Shown here in pieces: positions 38,658 to 51,900 of a stretch of 64,000 bases of DNA. The DNA is from Octopus bimaculoides. Its lineage: Eukaryota. Numbering within the stretch: the first letter of the stretch is position 1; each line of letters opens with the position of its first letter. The translations under genes and the position numbers were made by a program. The notes under the pieces are model-generated. The model was not told the origin of the DNA. It saw nothing but the letters and a program-made list of their open reading frames with translations, and made no database searches. The DNA is taken from the NCBI RefSeq assembly GCF_001194135.2, contig NC_068992.1, forward strand, positions 16,480,620 to 16,544,619. The letters are read 5' to 3'.

Positions 38658-39732
38658 TATGAGGTCATCCCATAAGTTCTGTCCGAATTTTGAATAAAGA
38701 AAACAAGTGACCAAATGTTACACTTAATTGAAATTTAATCATCAATGCACTTTCCCTGATTTTCTATGACTTCCAACCATCTATTTACAAGCTTTTTAAT
38801 GCCATCAATGTAAAACTCTTTTGGTTTCAAAGCAAAGAACTCCGGATTGTCAGTTTTGACCTCCTCCTGGCTTGCAAATGTTATGTCCCCCAAATGATTC
38901 TGTAAACTACGAAACAAATGGTAGTCTGAAGGAGCAAGGTCGGGAGAATAAAGAGGATAAGGAATTTTTTCCCAACCAAGCTCTTCGATCTTCTGTGATG
39001 TAATCTTTTCAGTGTGGGGTCACGCAATGTCCTGATGAAACATCACTCCTTTTCGATTCACTAAAGCGGTTCTTTTTTCTTCAAAGCTTCGTTCAAACTC
39101 TCTAATTGCTGACAGTAGATTTGAGCATTGATTGTTGTATTAGGTGGTGACAATTCAAAGTGAATTTCTCCTTTGCAATCCCACCAGATAGAGAGATGAA
39201 CCTTTTTTCCATGAAGTTCCCTTCTCGGTTGTGGTTGAGCTTTTTCCCTTTTACCAAGCCACGACGTTTAACATTTCGATTGAAGATCCATTTTTCGTCA
39301 CCAGTCACAGGTCTATCCAAAAGGGTGAAGTGAGTTCGCGAGAATGGAAACAAGAATAAATGTTAACCCGGGATTTGCGGTTGCTTTCCGACAATTCATG
39401 AGGCACCCATTTTCTATCTCCTGCAAGTTCTTTCATTCAAGCATTCTTTCCCATCAACTGAGTATATGTTTCGAGTCGCTTCGGTTGCAAAGTTCCCATT
39501 TTTGTACTCATAAAGCTTTATGTGCCTTAAATGCTCTTTGGATACTTCCATGTTAGAAAGGGATTTAATCAAAGGAATTTTGAATTCTATTATTCTGTAC
39601 AATAATGTTTAGATAGTTTAGATGTACAGAAATGCATAAAAATATTTCTTTTATTCCATTAGACATTCTATTAAATTTCATTGAAATTTTAAAAAAGGTA
39701 AAATCGGGCAGAACTTATGGGATGACCTGATA
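38658..39732 (-). mobile_element. Mariner transposon relic with both TIRs and TA duplication, internally deleted pseudo-transposase
   Basis: TIRs TA-tgaggtcatcccataagttctgtccga and the reverse complement of ..tcgggcagaacttatgggatgacctga-TA. Minus translations MEVSKEHLRHIKLYEYKNG..ERTCRR joined to KWVPHELS..DRPVTGDEKWIF, and DLAPSDYHLFRSLQNHL..GIKKLVNRWLEVIENQG. Confidence 0.93.
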
Positions 39733-40722
39733 TATTCGAGAATTCACATAATTTCATAATCTGTTCTGTTAATAGTTTTACTACGTAATAGTTCTGTTCT
39801 GTTAATAGTTTTACTACGTAATAGTTTGTGTCAAGAAACACCCACACAGTATCGGTGGTGAATGTCTTCGAATTTTGGGGACGATACGTGCCTTTGACAG
39901 TGCATATCATTTTCTCTAAAATAGACTAGGTTTTTATTCCTATGGCACCACTAATTTCGTCGAACTGCAGGTGATGCATATAACATTATTTTAACCCATG
40001 TTTCCAAGTAGCATCTAACTCATATGCATTATTCTTATTGATTTTGTTTATATTTAATCTTGACATCCAGTAATGGAAAATTTGATAATAAAACTATTTT
40101 TATCCCCGATTATGTCTTAGATAGCCTTTCCTCCTTAATATTGACTGTAAATCAACATGGCACATGATGACCGGCAGAGACAACCGGTTTAATAATAGTT
40201 TACAAATTTAATCAAAAATAATGTATTTTATTTAGACATGTTAATAAAATATGGAAATATTTACATGTGATGTACGAAATTAATTATGGTAGTATCATCT
40301 TTTTCTTTACCATCTTTAGAAATATGTCTTGAATAACTGTGGAAGCACTGCACATCAATTCCTGTATGTTTACGTCATTGTAATCATTATTATGTATTTC
40401 CTGGATTTACTGTTTCTCACACGAAGACTGCGATTGTTGAGGTTAACCTGAAACCAGTCTTAGGATTTAGATTTGTTCGGAAAATCATAGCTATTGTCTC
40501 TTGATCGAAAAACCTCTGTACGAAAGCGATATTAGGCACTTAAATAGAACCGAATATATGATTGGTTACATTTTTTATCGGGTTCAAACGTTTAACGGCA
40601 ACGTGGCCTTGTTAGGATGTCAGAACATACACTGCGTAACTTCAAATAGAAAGGCATTGCATTTCAATGCCCAAACAAAAGTATTGTTCCACTCCGTCAC
40701 TGTAAACTTGAATATTTTTCAG

Positions 40723-40750
40723 TAACAAATTCGGAGTAAATAATATTGAG
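40723..40750 (+). CDS. Candidate 28-nt micro-exon (xNKFGVNNIE)
   Basis: aatatttttcag| acceptor and consensus GAG|gtaagt donor with one open frame. No homology recognised. Confidence 0.25.
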
Positions 40751-41751
40751 GTAAGTATACTTAGCGTTTAATTCCTTGTAACATGAATCCAGATAGTATT
40801 GATTGGAGGAAAGAGCTGATATTCTTCCGAACATTTAGCTCATGAGAGAACAATGCCTACGTAATAACAGAGATAAAGCTCATCCTCCAAGAGAATAAAT
40901 AAGAATATGTTGCATGTTTAAGTTTCCTTTAAGCTCATTTAATGAAGAATGCCTCTTTGGAAACATAAAATTAGTGTCAGTCAATAGGATGGTGATTTCA
41001 TTGCTCGAGGTAGGATATTGTAAGAGCATGCTAAATGTAGATATCAGGGCACGTTAATTATACATTAATCTCAAGGGGAGCGTAGTTTCAGATATCGTGC
41101 TAGTTTGTGCTGCATTCACAACGCCATTTTACTTAACGTATTTTTATTCAAACTTCAATTGAAATAACTTTTCCTTTTCCCCTTCTAATGACCTGTCGGA
41201 CTAAATGATATTAATACAATACCATTTCTACAATAGAATGCGCCCACACACAAAAGAAAAACATATTAGACGTCTGAAATGGATCTAATTGCAGCGAGGA
41301 GGCCGGCCATGTAATAGTTAATGCAACCGAAGAAAGGATTTGGTGTAGTATTTACGTCATGTAAGATCGCGACAATCTATTAATATATGTACGGATATAG
41401 AAAAAAAAAACACGAATACCTAATGCTTAATATATACATACGTAGTCAATGTAAATGAGATAGCGAAATAAAATAGCGATGAAATTAAAAATACTGCGAT
41501 GTAGGAACCAGAACACAAGGAATCTAATTAATACAGTAATTACATTTTAAAAGTTAAAAAATAAAACGCAAGTATAATTATTTTGTGAATTGTGTAATTA
41601 AATTTAGTGAATATTTAGTAACTTGAAGAATAAGCAAGTTGATTTCTAATTAAAGTTTTACAAACAATATGAAAATTATGTTTTATATATACATAAAACA
41701 TATAGAGACATGCTCAAATACTCATACACACTAAGATATACATGCACGAAC

Positions 41752-41804
<53 letters not shown>

Positions 41805-42439
41805 CACATTAGTTTGTTGTTTTATACATTCATATACGGAAAAATAAATGTATAGAAATATTCACATGAGTAAAATCTAGGCGCAAGCACGAAAATATTC
41901 ATTTGCTGAAATAAATAAATGAATAACTTGTATAGAAAGCGGATAGAATTTTACATGAAAACTAGTGAAATAAACAGATATAGAGTTATAGTTAGCTAAT
42001 CATACAGACAAATTAAGATATGGCATAGAAATCTTCGAAGAATGTTCGAGATAAATCACTAAAGTATGAGTATTAGATAATTATCACCTGAATGTGATGT
42101 CATATATAACGGATATTTTTATGGTCGATTGATTAAAGTTTTAAATGTGAAATTAGCACAGAGGCTAGACAATTATAGAAAAACACTTTAGATTGAATCT
42201 ATATTATTATATGAGGACTGATAGTTAAGTTATCTTGTGGATACCGTAAATGGACATAATTAAAATCTTCAGTTAGTTTCATGAGCCACTCTCCCGGATG
42301 TACCAAACTTTTAAATGAATAATTAAGCATTATAAAAACGATCTGAAAGAAATATAATGAGTATATTTTGAGAACTAATTACGACAGTATCTTCACCAGT
42401 AATATGGTCTCTGATAGTTTTATACTGAACTAGAAAAGA

Positions 42440-42760
42440 CTGGGGCATAGTGGTTAGCATATCCGGCTCTCTATCGTAAGGTCGTAAGTTCGTTTCACGG
42501 CAGCGTGTTGTGTCCTTCCGTAAGACCCTTGGTTTCATATTTTACAACCCACTCAGCAGGCAACAATGAATTGTACATGTAATTAAAAGGGACAGACTTA
42601 CTGTATATTGGTTAGCGCAGAATCTCCCTGAGAAATATGTTAAGAGTACGCATATATGCGGAGTCCTCACCCACCTACATTTAAATTTCACGAGGTGGCT
42701 ATTTCGTTGATCGGATCAGCTGGAATACACGTCGTCATAATCGAACGATTGCCAGACATT
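42440..42760 (+). mobile_element. Degenerate tRNA-derived SINE family C
   Basis: ggggcatagtggttagcat...gtaagttcgtttcacgg..gtgttgtgtcctt; its tail resembles the reverse complement of 46605-46720. Confidence 0.7.
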
Positions 42761-42968
42761 TTTTTTCTTCCTTTTTAACAAGTAAAAGACTTCCTGAATT
42801 TACTTCCATGATCTTATTCATTTTTGTTGTTAAATAAAGAATTCAGTGGAGTTGAATAGAAATGCACGACTTTAGTTTATTTTCGCGATACGTGAAAAAT
42901 GTTCAACACTTGCTTTCGATCGAGGATAGCAAGTCTAACTCTTCTTGAGTTCGGTTATTTTTTCCAGC

Positions 42969-43009
<41 letters not shown>

Positions 43010-43055
43010 AACACTGTACGTACGCCTATATAAGACATACATACCTTCATATATA

Positions 43056-43172
<117 letters not shown>

Positions 43173-43204
43173 ACGCACACATACACATATATGTATGTAT
43201 GTAT

Positions 43205-43790
43205 GCCGAACCTTTCCTAAGTAGAATTATCACAAGTGATGCAAAGTGGCTTCTCTATAATTTTGCCCGACCGAACCCACTATGTTCAGCTCAAAATGAA
43301 AAAACAAAATCTATCCCGAAACCAGGATTTCACTCGAATTAAATTCCATTCCATGTTTGGCAGAACGTTAACCAAAACGAAAAAGTTAGCGCAGAGAAGT
43401 ATTATCATCAAATGGAAGCATTACACAGGATCTTGCAAGAAAAACGCCCAATATTGGTCGATCGTAAAGGGGTGCCGGACCACATATCTAGGTCTCTCAG
43501 GGAATGATTATGAAACTAAGTGTGGAAGGTTTGCTTCATCCTACTTACTCTTCTGACTTTTTCCCTTTGACTATCATCTTTTCACATCAGTGTAACGTCA
43601 TTTAGAATGAAAAGAGTTTATCTATTGTGACGAGACTAAAAATGATATTAAGTTTCTCTTTGGTCCGATACTTAAAGAATTTACGAAATAGATCAGGTAA
43701 TCTATAATATGGAACATATTACTGTAATTAAAGCATATCACTTCCAACAAAAGAAGGATTTGTTTCTTTTCTAACTTGAAATACATCGGA
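43205..43790 (+). mobile_element. Decayed mariner transposase 3' fragment
   Basis: PFLSRIITSDAKWLLYN..KPGFHSN (VTGDEKW-like) and LHPTYSSDFFPFDYHLF (YSPDLAPSDYHLF-like). Confidence 0.8.
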
Positions 43791-43834
43791 GCTTTGTTTC
43801 CAAATTAATACCGATTTCGAAATTTGGTAAAAGG

Positions 43835-44030
43835 CCAGAATATTTTGAGAAGGGATTAAGTCGATTACAAACTCCAGAGTTCAACTAGGACCTATTTTAT
43901 CAACCCCGGAAAGATTTAAAGCAAGGTCGACGTCGACGAAATTCGAATTGCGAATGAAATACCGCAGGGTATTTTGCCCAGTGTGCTATCGTCTCTTGCC
44001 GCCAACTTGCCGCCTTTTTGAAGCTGATAT
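43835..44030 (-). mobile_element. Degenerate SINE family A copy
   Basis: gattaagtcgattac...ttatcaaccccggaaag..aaagcaaggtcgac...gaaataccgc..gtattttgccc..aacttgccgcc. Confidence 0.7.
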
Positions 44031-44144
44031 TAACAACCATATCATATATGCTATCCTTTCTTTCCGATCCTCTCAAATATTATGTGGTATGTGTATTAGT
44101 CTACACGTTCACAGCAGGTCTAGAAATGTGTGCCAATGTGATAT

Positions 44145-44545
44145 TCTTTTACCTTTTTATTTGTTTCAGTCATTTGACTGCCGCCACGCTGGAGCGCCAC
44201 CTTTTAGTCGAAGAAATCGATCCCAGGACTTACCTTTTGTAAGCCCAGTACTTATTCTATTAATCTTTAGCCGAACCGCTAAGTTACGGGGATGTAAGCA
44301 CACCAACATCGGTTGTCACGCGATGGGTGGGTAGGGGTTAGAAACACAAAGACACACACATAAATACACACACGCATATATACGACGGGCTTCTTTTTAG
44401 TTTTCATCTACCAAATCTACTCACAAGACTTTGGTCGACCTGAGGCTATAGTGGTAAACACTTGCGCAATATGCCACGCAGTGGGACTGAACCCTCAACC
44501 CTGTGGTTGGAAAGCAAGCTTCTTATCACACAGTCACGCCTGCCC
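44145..44545 (-). mobile_element. Near full-length SINE family B
   Basis: Reverse complement of 32862-33255 (tttcagtcatttgactgccgccacgctggagcgccacc...gcagtgggactgaacc...cacacagtcacgcctgccc). Confidence 0.9.
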
Positions 44546-45984
44546 CTCTATCTAATATTTTCTCGTATTATTGTTTTTATTTACAATCTCCACATACAGC
44601 TGTCTTGTCAGCGCTAGATTTCTGTTTATGAAAAGCCAAAAAGGGCCATAAATATTTGTACGCGCATAGGAGGAGGCTAACATTAAGACACATGTGTTTT
44701 ATGATCTATAGTTGCTAATAAAAACATTAAAATATTAAAATGAGTATAATATATTTTAATGAAAGGAACGAATGACAGTAACTTCGAATTTCACTGATGT
44801 CCATCTCCGAAAGTCAGTTTTACTAACTCCATCGTCTCTTGGAGTCAGAGGTCACTGCCACTGTTGCATTATATATTTCAATAAAACCTTATAATTGTAA
44901 TACCGTGATGCGCGTATATGTTTGTTCTGGTATGTGTCTGAGTAAAAGTGCAAATTGGATGAAGAAATTTGCCCCAATGTAATATATCTAATATTCCATC
45001 GTATAATTATTTTTATTTATAATCCTCACATAGATATATGTAATAATGTTTAGTATAAATAGCCCTTGTTCGGGAGAATGAGTTGTAAAATTTCACCTAC
45101 AAATTGTAACTGTTTTCAGCTACGTCGACTGGACCAACAGCACTTATATTGTAGACATGTATACTATGCATTAACTCTCGGATATGTATATTTAGCATAA
45201 TCATACAGAAAACATCTATTGATTAAAGTTCTCATGTAAACATTTATGGACAAATATAGAAGCAGATTATCATGAACACCGACAATGGAACAGTATCGAA
45301 TATTTTATAACTCCATAGCTAATTACAAATCAATATTTTTTTAGATAACGTAATGATTTATTTCCACTGAACATAAGGCCAAGTTTTTCCAAGGGAAAAG
45401 GAAGTATCCTACTGAATAGACCGACACAATATTAGTAAAATATATGTTATCAACGTAACACGGACGGATAAGTAGAGGAAAACAAACAAAAACGCGGAAA
45501 AAAAGGGAAATTCGGTTGTATATAGAAACATAAGTGACAAGAAAAGAGCTGATCACCATCACCTTAAAACTTATCCATGCTTAAAGAACTGTGTTCGTCG
45601 TGCAAATAGACTTAGCATATCTCATCTCGACTAATTAATCATAAGACCAAATCTCTTAAAGATTTTCTTCCACTTCACTTGCTAGCGGTAAAGATAAGCG
45701 ATAATATCAGCAGAAGCGAGATAAGAATAAAGGCGGAAACATTTAATGGACGATCACCGAACTAACTGCCAATAATATGTTGCTTCACTTTCTAATATTC
45801 CTCGCCATGCTGGATGGAAATCAAGAGTCATTATACGGAATAACAACGCACATGATAATCTTTTAGAAAGGTGTGAAGTGTGACAGATACTTCATAAACT
45901 TTAAAGTGTTCACAGCTTATTAAATGTTATGATATATGACAAATATTGCATAAACTTTAGCATTTTTCGCATAAATTTGTATAA

Positions 45985-46150
45985 CAGGGATAGGCGTTGC
46001 AGTGTGGTTAAATGCTTGGCTCCAAAATATTGGATCTTTGGTTCACTTTTACTGATTAGCACCTTAGGCAAGTGACTTCGGCTGAAGACTGAGGCGATCA
46101 TGTGAGTCAATTGGGTAGACGGAAACTGATAGAAGGCCGCCACATACATA
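45985..46150 (+). mobile_element. SINE family B 5' fragment
   Basis: ggcgttgcagtgtggttaaatgcttg...caccttaggcaagtgacttc...gggtagacggaaactgatagaagg. Confidence 0.65.
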
Positions 46151-46487
46151 CACATGCATACATATATACACACATACACATTTACAAAGTTCCTAAATAT
46201 CATCAACTCTATGCAAATACTTCGAGAGTTTAAGAATGACTGCGCGTTTATTTATTTTGAGCGGAAAAAGTTTTGCATTGCGCTGAACCCATTTTTTAGC
46301 GCAATTAGCTATAAAAACCAGTGGCACAACACGATCGTATGCCAAAAACACTTCAGGACTTTTATACGAATTTACATTCTCCTACGTATGTATGTATGTA
46401 TGTATGTATGTACTTATATATCTGTGTTTGTGTGTGTCCATATGTGTGTGTGGCTGCGTTTATATATATATATATATATATATATAA

Positions 46488-46875
46488 GCGCAGGAGTGGC
46501 TGTGTGGTAAGTTGCTTGCTTACCAACCACACTTTTCAGAGTTCAGTCCCATTGCGTGGCACCTTGGGCAGGTGATTTCTACTATAGCCCCGTGCCGACC
46601 GAAGGTCGTAAAATTAACGTGCAAGTGGATGAGCACTCCACAGACACGTGTACACTTAACGTAGTTCTCGGGAGAGAGTCAGCGTGACACAGAGTGTGAC
46701 AAGGCTGGCCCTTTGAAATACAGGCACAACAGAAACAGGAAGTAAGAGTGAGAGAAATTTGTGGTGGAAGAGTACAGCAGGGATCACCACCACCCCTATC
46801 GGAGCCTGGTGGAGCTTTGGGTGTTTTCACTCAACAAACACTCGCAGACCTAACCACTGGGCCATTGCGCGTTCA
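46488..46875. mobile_element. Composite: SINE B 5' half (+) joined to SINE C (-)
   Basis: gcgcaggagtggctgtgtgg...ctactatagccccgtgccgacc to ~46603, then aattaacgtgcaagtggatgagcactccacagacacgtg...cctaaccactgggccattgcgc. Confidence 0.75.
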
Positions 46876-47742
46876 CGATACATATATAAAGCAGGGTGGA
46901 TGAGTATCTATTTGTTTATGTTTTCATATAGAAACGAAGAATAAAACAATATTGCAATACATAAGGTGATTGAAGGAATTAAATGTTCGGAATAAGCAGG
47001 AATCTATGATCAATCTGAATTCGTATACTAATGTATAAACACGCTCCCTGGCGATGCGTGAAGTCAGATGAAGATCATGAAGAAGACGAGGTGAAATAAG
47101 ACACGTTATGCACTTGGGTAAATTCTATCGAATTTGACTTCGCGACTACCAAAAGTGAACTTGAGTTTATTCAAACGGATTAAACGAAATAGAAGTGACA
47201 TGAAATCAATTTTAAAGTCTTTATTATTTTTAGAAATGTGTTCGGAATTAACATATAAGACACGACAGAATTTTTTCATGGAATATTTCCAAGACATAAA
47301 TGAAATTCCAGTAGCGTTGTAAAATATTAAATGAAGTCTATCTTTGGAAACCTCTTGAACTGCAAACACTTTTCTTGTTTACTTTAATTTTATTACATGT
47401 ATTAGTAGAACAGACCAAATTTTCAAAAAACAAAAACAAAACCCATATAACAACAAAAAATAGTCTGTAACGTTCCGAAGTTGTTTCTGTAATTTTAACG
47501 TCAGTTGGAGTTGCACACACAGTAGAGTTTCCGAGTAAATAATTGTCATATATTGCTTTTTGCGCCACTTCATGTATTAGTTTGGAACATACTGAAAGTG
47601 AACATTGTTATGTATCTAGTCAGATCGATATTATAAGAAACGGACGGACAACAATAAATATAAAAAATCACTACAGATCTTATCACATGGAATTTTGGAC
47701 AAAGTAAATTTCATTAATTTTTTTCCCCTTTTTCCTGTTTAG

Positions 47743-47858
47743 TTTGGAAAGTAAATTTATGACGGATAGTGATGGTGATCCTGATGTTGTATCCGCTATG
47801 GAATTTGTCTAAAGGTTCGAAACATTTTTTGAAAATGGTTTGAGTGAAAAGAAATATT
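47743..47858 (+). other. Splice-site-bounded 116-nt segment, open in one frame except a single TAA (candidate pseudo-exon, terminal or non-coding exon)
   Basis: ttttttcccctttttcctgtttag| acceptor and |gtaagt donor; frame reads LESKFMTDSDGDPDVVSAMEFV*RFETFFENGLSEKKY. Confidence 0.25.
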
Positions 47859-48119
47859 GTAAGTATGCACCTTCAGATCTGCGGAAAAGAGCCGACATGC
47901 GAGAGACCTTGGAGTTTCAGTATACCTTGATTGTCTGTTATCGGAGACTCTGTTATATGCAGATGGCGATGCTATCTTTCTATGCATATAGTTTCTATAA
48001 GTACACTTTCAATTTTATTTCCCACCCACCCCAATTCAGTTTCTGACACGAGTTTATATACAACCGCACTCATTGCTACGTTCCTCGAACCACTCTCATC
48101 AAACGCCAAAGTGGGAAAT

Positions 48120-48146
48120 AAAATATCATCACCATCATCATCATCA

Positions 48147-48183
<37 letters not shown>

Positions 48184-48251
48184 CATTATTATCAAAATCA
48201 TCATTATCATCATAATCATCGTCATCGTAATCATCATCTTCTCAATGGTTG

Positions 48252-48308
<57 letters not shown>
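48120..48308. repeat. (CAT)/(CGT)/(TAT) mosaic trinucleotide microsatellite
   Basis: Directly visible. Confidence 0.95.
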
Positions 48309-48309
<1 letters not shown>

Positions 48310-48560
48310 GGAGTGAAAGAGCAGTGCGTGCCATCAAAGTGACACTTGGGAAAAATATACGAAGCCCGATATAACCATCACATCTACCCGTCTGATACAG
48401 CAGGCACATGCATTACAACCATATGTGCGCGAAATGGTGATCTCATATCAAGATAAACAGCGCCCGACCTTGCAGGTGGCGGTCTAGTTAGAATTTTCTT
48501 CGGGTCGAGTAGCACATCTCGCTCAGGAGTTCTCTGAATAAGACTTGTTTAAGGAATGTT
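48310..48560. mobile_element. Partial second copy of the (TAT)n-associated element at 36116-36645
   Basis: Colinear similarity to 36116-36370; preceded by (TAT)n. Confidence 0.75.
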
Positions 48561-48657
48561 TATTTAGTTGTTTCGTGCTGTTTTGAGCGTGGCTTTGTAT
48601 CGGTGTGGTCAATTTTGTTGCTTCTGGGGTGGTGAGCCGACAGTATTTTTTCTACTA

Positions 48658-48921
48658 TTGCTGTTTCGTGTAGAAGTCTAGGCGGGCGGTGTCACAATCA
48701 ACACAGTGACAATACAGATTAACAATAATTTCAACTTTGGAGTCATTTATTTTCTACTCATACATTACGATGTGTTCACATATATATATACACGTGGCAT
48801 ACGTACAAATCGTAACGCATCAGTAGAAAATAAATAGTTCCAAAGTGTAAGCCATTGTTCATCTTTATTGTCACAGTGGTGATTGCGACACCGCGCAGCT
48901 AGACTTTACACGAAGCAGCAA
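48658..48921. repeat. ~264-bp foldback inverted repeat (MITE-like hairpin) centred on a short (TA)n
   Basis: Left arm ttgctgtttcgtgtagaagtctag..gcggtgtcacaatcaacacagtgacaata..ctttggagtcatttattttctactcatacattacgat. Right arm reverse complement ttgctgcttcgtgtaaagtctag..gcggtgtcgcaatcaccactgtgacaata..ctttggaactatttattttctactgatgcgttacgat. Confidence 0.9.
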
Positions 48922-50599
48922 CACTTCTCATATTGATTGTTTCATCGTTTGGGACCTATTATTATTTTCATTATTATGGGACACTTTTGTATGGTGGTAG
49001 ATGAATATATATGAAGCATCGGCCAGGTAAAGACATGCATTAATGTTGGTTGAGCACTTTTGAATTAGAGACACACGTTTGTCAATTTTTCACCTATTTA
49101 CATTTTAGACCTTTAGAAGTCTTTGAGAGTGTTATGCTGCTAGCTTCAATTGTTCACCAGTCTAAACTTTTCAATAATACTCGACTAGATCACATAACTG
49201 AACTTTGATATGTACTGGACATTAACAATTGACTTGCTAAACTCCCCCAGAAAGTTCAGATGTTCCCTACCCATTTCTGTTCTGGTTGATATTTCGTATA
49301 CAGATTCTGAGATAGGACATTCTGTACCTTCGGAAAATAGGTATGTGTCATGATTGCCTGTATAGATATATTTCAATGTCATATTAATATAATATTGAAC
49401 TACTGAGTAGATTAAGAAATATATATTCATGGTATTTAATCTTCATCTATGTCGAAATAGCTTTTAAAAGGAAAAGCGAAATCTCACTTTCCTCTCTTAT
49501 CGCTGCTTACTACCGTACAAAGTCATCTGATCGACAACTCCGTTGACCTTGATATTCATTGAATATGGCTGTCAAACTGCTTGACAATACGCAGGAAACT
49601 CACTGGCATTGTTTTTGTAATATATAAATTGGAGATAACGGATAAGACTGATGTCCACTCTGCATCTTTACAATTTTGTATTAGTTCAGTCAAAAGCAAC
49701 ATTCATAGAATGAAATGAAAACCAAATGAACTGTCACCTTACTATATTCTAGTGAATAAGTTTATGACAACAGAGTGGACAGTCATGGTGTTGCTTACTA
49801 TACGAACTCTGTCAACTTTGTATTTTGATTTAATGAAGCTAGTCGATTTTCTTACAGTCGTGTGAATACTGTACTGTTCCATTAATACAAATTTATTGCA
49901 GATATATAATTTATAACTTTAAGTAAAAATTCCGAAAGCAGTTTGTAAATTACCAGCAGATAAACGATGGAGTTGCAGTTAAAACAGCATTCGTTAATGT
50001 TTCCTAGTCTAAATCATGTTTAAAATTATATATTGTCATACACTGGAGAGATAACGATTCAATTTCTGCTGTTGCTACGCATTGTTTGATTTCGTCCGCT
50101 AGACTTCATGGCAAAGACTGGTCTTCCGGCACGTTTATAATATTTCCTTTCTGCACAAAGTTTTCTAACATTTTATGATCGCGCATTATCCTATAAAACA
50201 TTTAATGATTATCATTTTTAAAATGTAACTGTCAGAAAATCATTTTTGCTTCTTGGCATATATTTGTATAAATATTTAAAGTACAAATATATTTGTTTAG
50301 CGGTTGTAGCTGCAGCAGTATTTCTTCATTTTTACACCTACATCAACAAAGGCTATGACTTGCCTGTTTATTTTCTGTCTGGATTACCTACTGTTATAAG
50401 GGTTTATATTGTTCGCCTGATAACAGAGCTTTTTGCGGTTATATTTGGTTTTCTTATTTGTCGTTTATTCTCTATTAATGACTATTTTTGTAATTACACG
50501 TTGATTTTTGTGGTGAGACATTGCTTAGAAGGTATCCTCAACTTCATTTGTACCAAAGCGTATTAGTAATTTATATTGCTGAATCTTCTTTTACCTATT

Positions 50600-51900
50600 G
50601 CACATAGCTTCTCAACACTATGATGATACTTAAGAGAGCTCTTAAATGATTTTCTTAGGAGATATTGTAGTAATTCACATGTAAGTTTCTGGCTCGTGGG
50701 TGTTAGGTGTATCACAAATGTTTTTCTCTGAAATTCATATTAGTCTGGATTCTTTGGCATTGATATCTTATGTTACCACATAGTATACCAAAATTCCGTT
50801 ATTATAGAAAATATAATAATTAAAGTGTAATGTTATCGATCCCGGGCCCTCCATTTCGGTTTGATTCCTATCACTTAACTCATAATGTACTACTTTCAGT
50901 TTTTGCTAATCCTCACTAACTACTTCTTTCCTCACTTTCTTTAACCGTGCTGTATTTCTGAGTAACTGGCTTATTTCAAATATCTCTTCAGAACTTTCTA
51001 GCTTCATATACAGTAGACTTCTGATTTTCAATAGTTGCTTCTATACTATTTATTTGGCAATAAAGTCTCCAACAATCTCTTCTGTTGATACTGATCCAAG
51101 TCTTTTCTGAAAAGCTTACTTTCTATTTCTATGATAAGTTATTTCTTCTCTTCCATGGCTATCCGAAGTCCTTTTTTCTTTCTCAAGAGAAGGTTTAAAT
51201 CTTGTAACATTTCTGTTTCTAGGCTTCTATTCTGCTTAGATCTTTATCAAAGTCTTCACTTTATTCTTTAATGTTCTTTTGCACATCTACCCCACCCTAT
51301 TTTCTCCTTGTCTGCTAGTAACTGCTACTCCTCTTGCATCAATCAATAAGTTCATGTCACCTATAGTTTTAATATGCATTCTACTGATAACAGAATATTG
51401 TTTCCTAATAATAACTTCCTTCTATGAACAATTTAATGCTGGTAATCTTTGTTCTTTCTACGTTACTCATTTCCTGTTTCAACTCATCTCAAATGTTCTG
51501 CTCTACTTCACTTAAGTTGATGGTGTCAGTTTTCCCTTGCTGATTGGTAATGATGGTCCGCTTATATTATTTTTCTTCTGTGGCCTCTTCTACCTCCAAT
51601 ATCGACATTCACTTATTTCTCATTATAACATTATCCTGGTCCACAAGTGTCTGCCCTGTTACATCAAACACACACTTATTACCAGTATTATTATTAATAT
51701 TACCACTAATGTTACCCATATTTACAACATTTATACATAAATTCTAGCGTTTCAATCTATACAGAATTATTTTCTAACATCTTTAACCTATCTCCTTAGT
51801 TACTAAGACTACTTTTATTGTCGATTTTGTTGAATATTTGTCTCTCATATGAGGGTTCATACTTTATTCAGTGTAAATTGAATGAATATGTAGTAGCTTC
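50600..51900 (-). mobile_element. Highly decayed RLE-type (R4/Dong-like) LINE, N-terminal/pre-RT region
   Basis: Minus remnants IGDMNLLIDARGVAVTS (ITETNxLIYAxAVVVT-like) and NGGPGIDNIT (WKAPGxDxI-like); purine-rich coding-like minus strand with many stops. Confidence 0.5.

Noticed and set aside
49185-49430. GREHLNFLGEF peptide resembling the Tn3 transposase C-terminal HINxxGxY motif
   Set aside because: A single short motif in a low-complexity AT-rich ORF, with no other Tn3 features or bacterial-like composition to support horizontal transfer.
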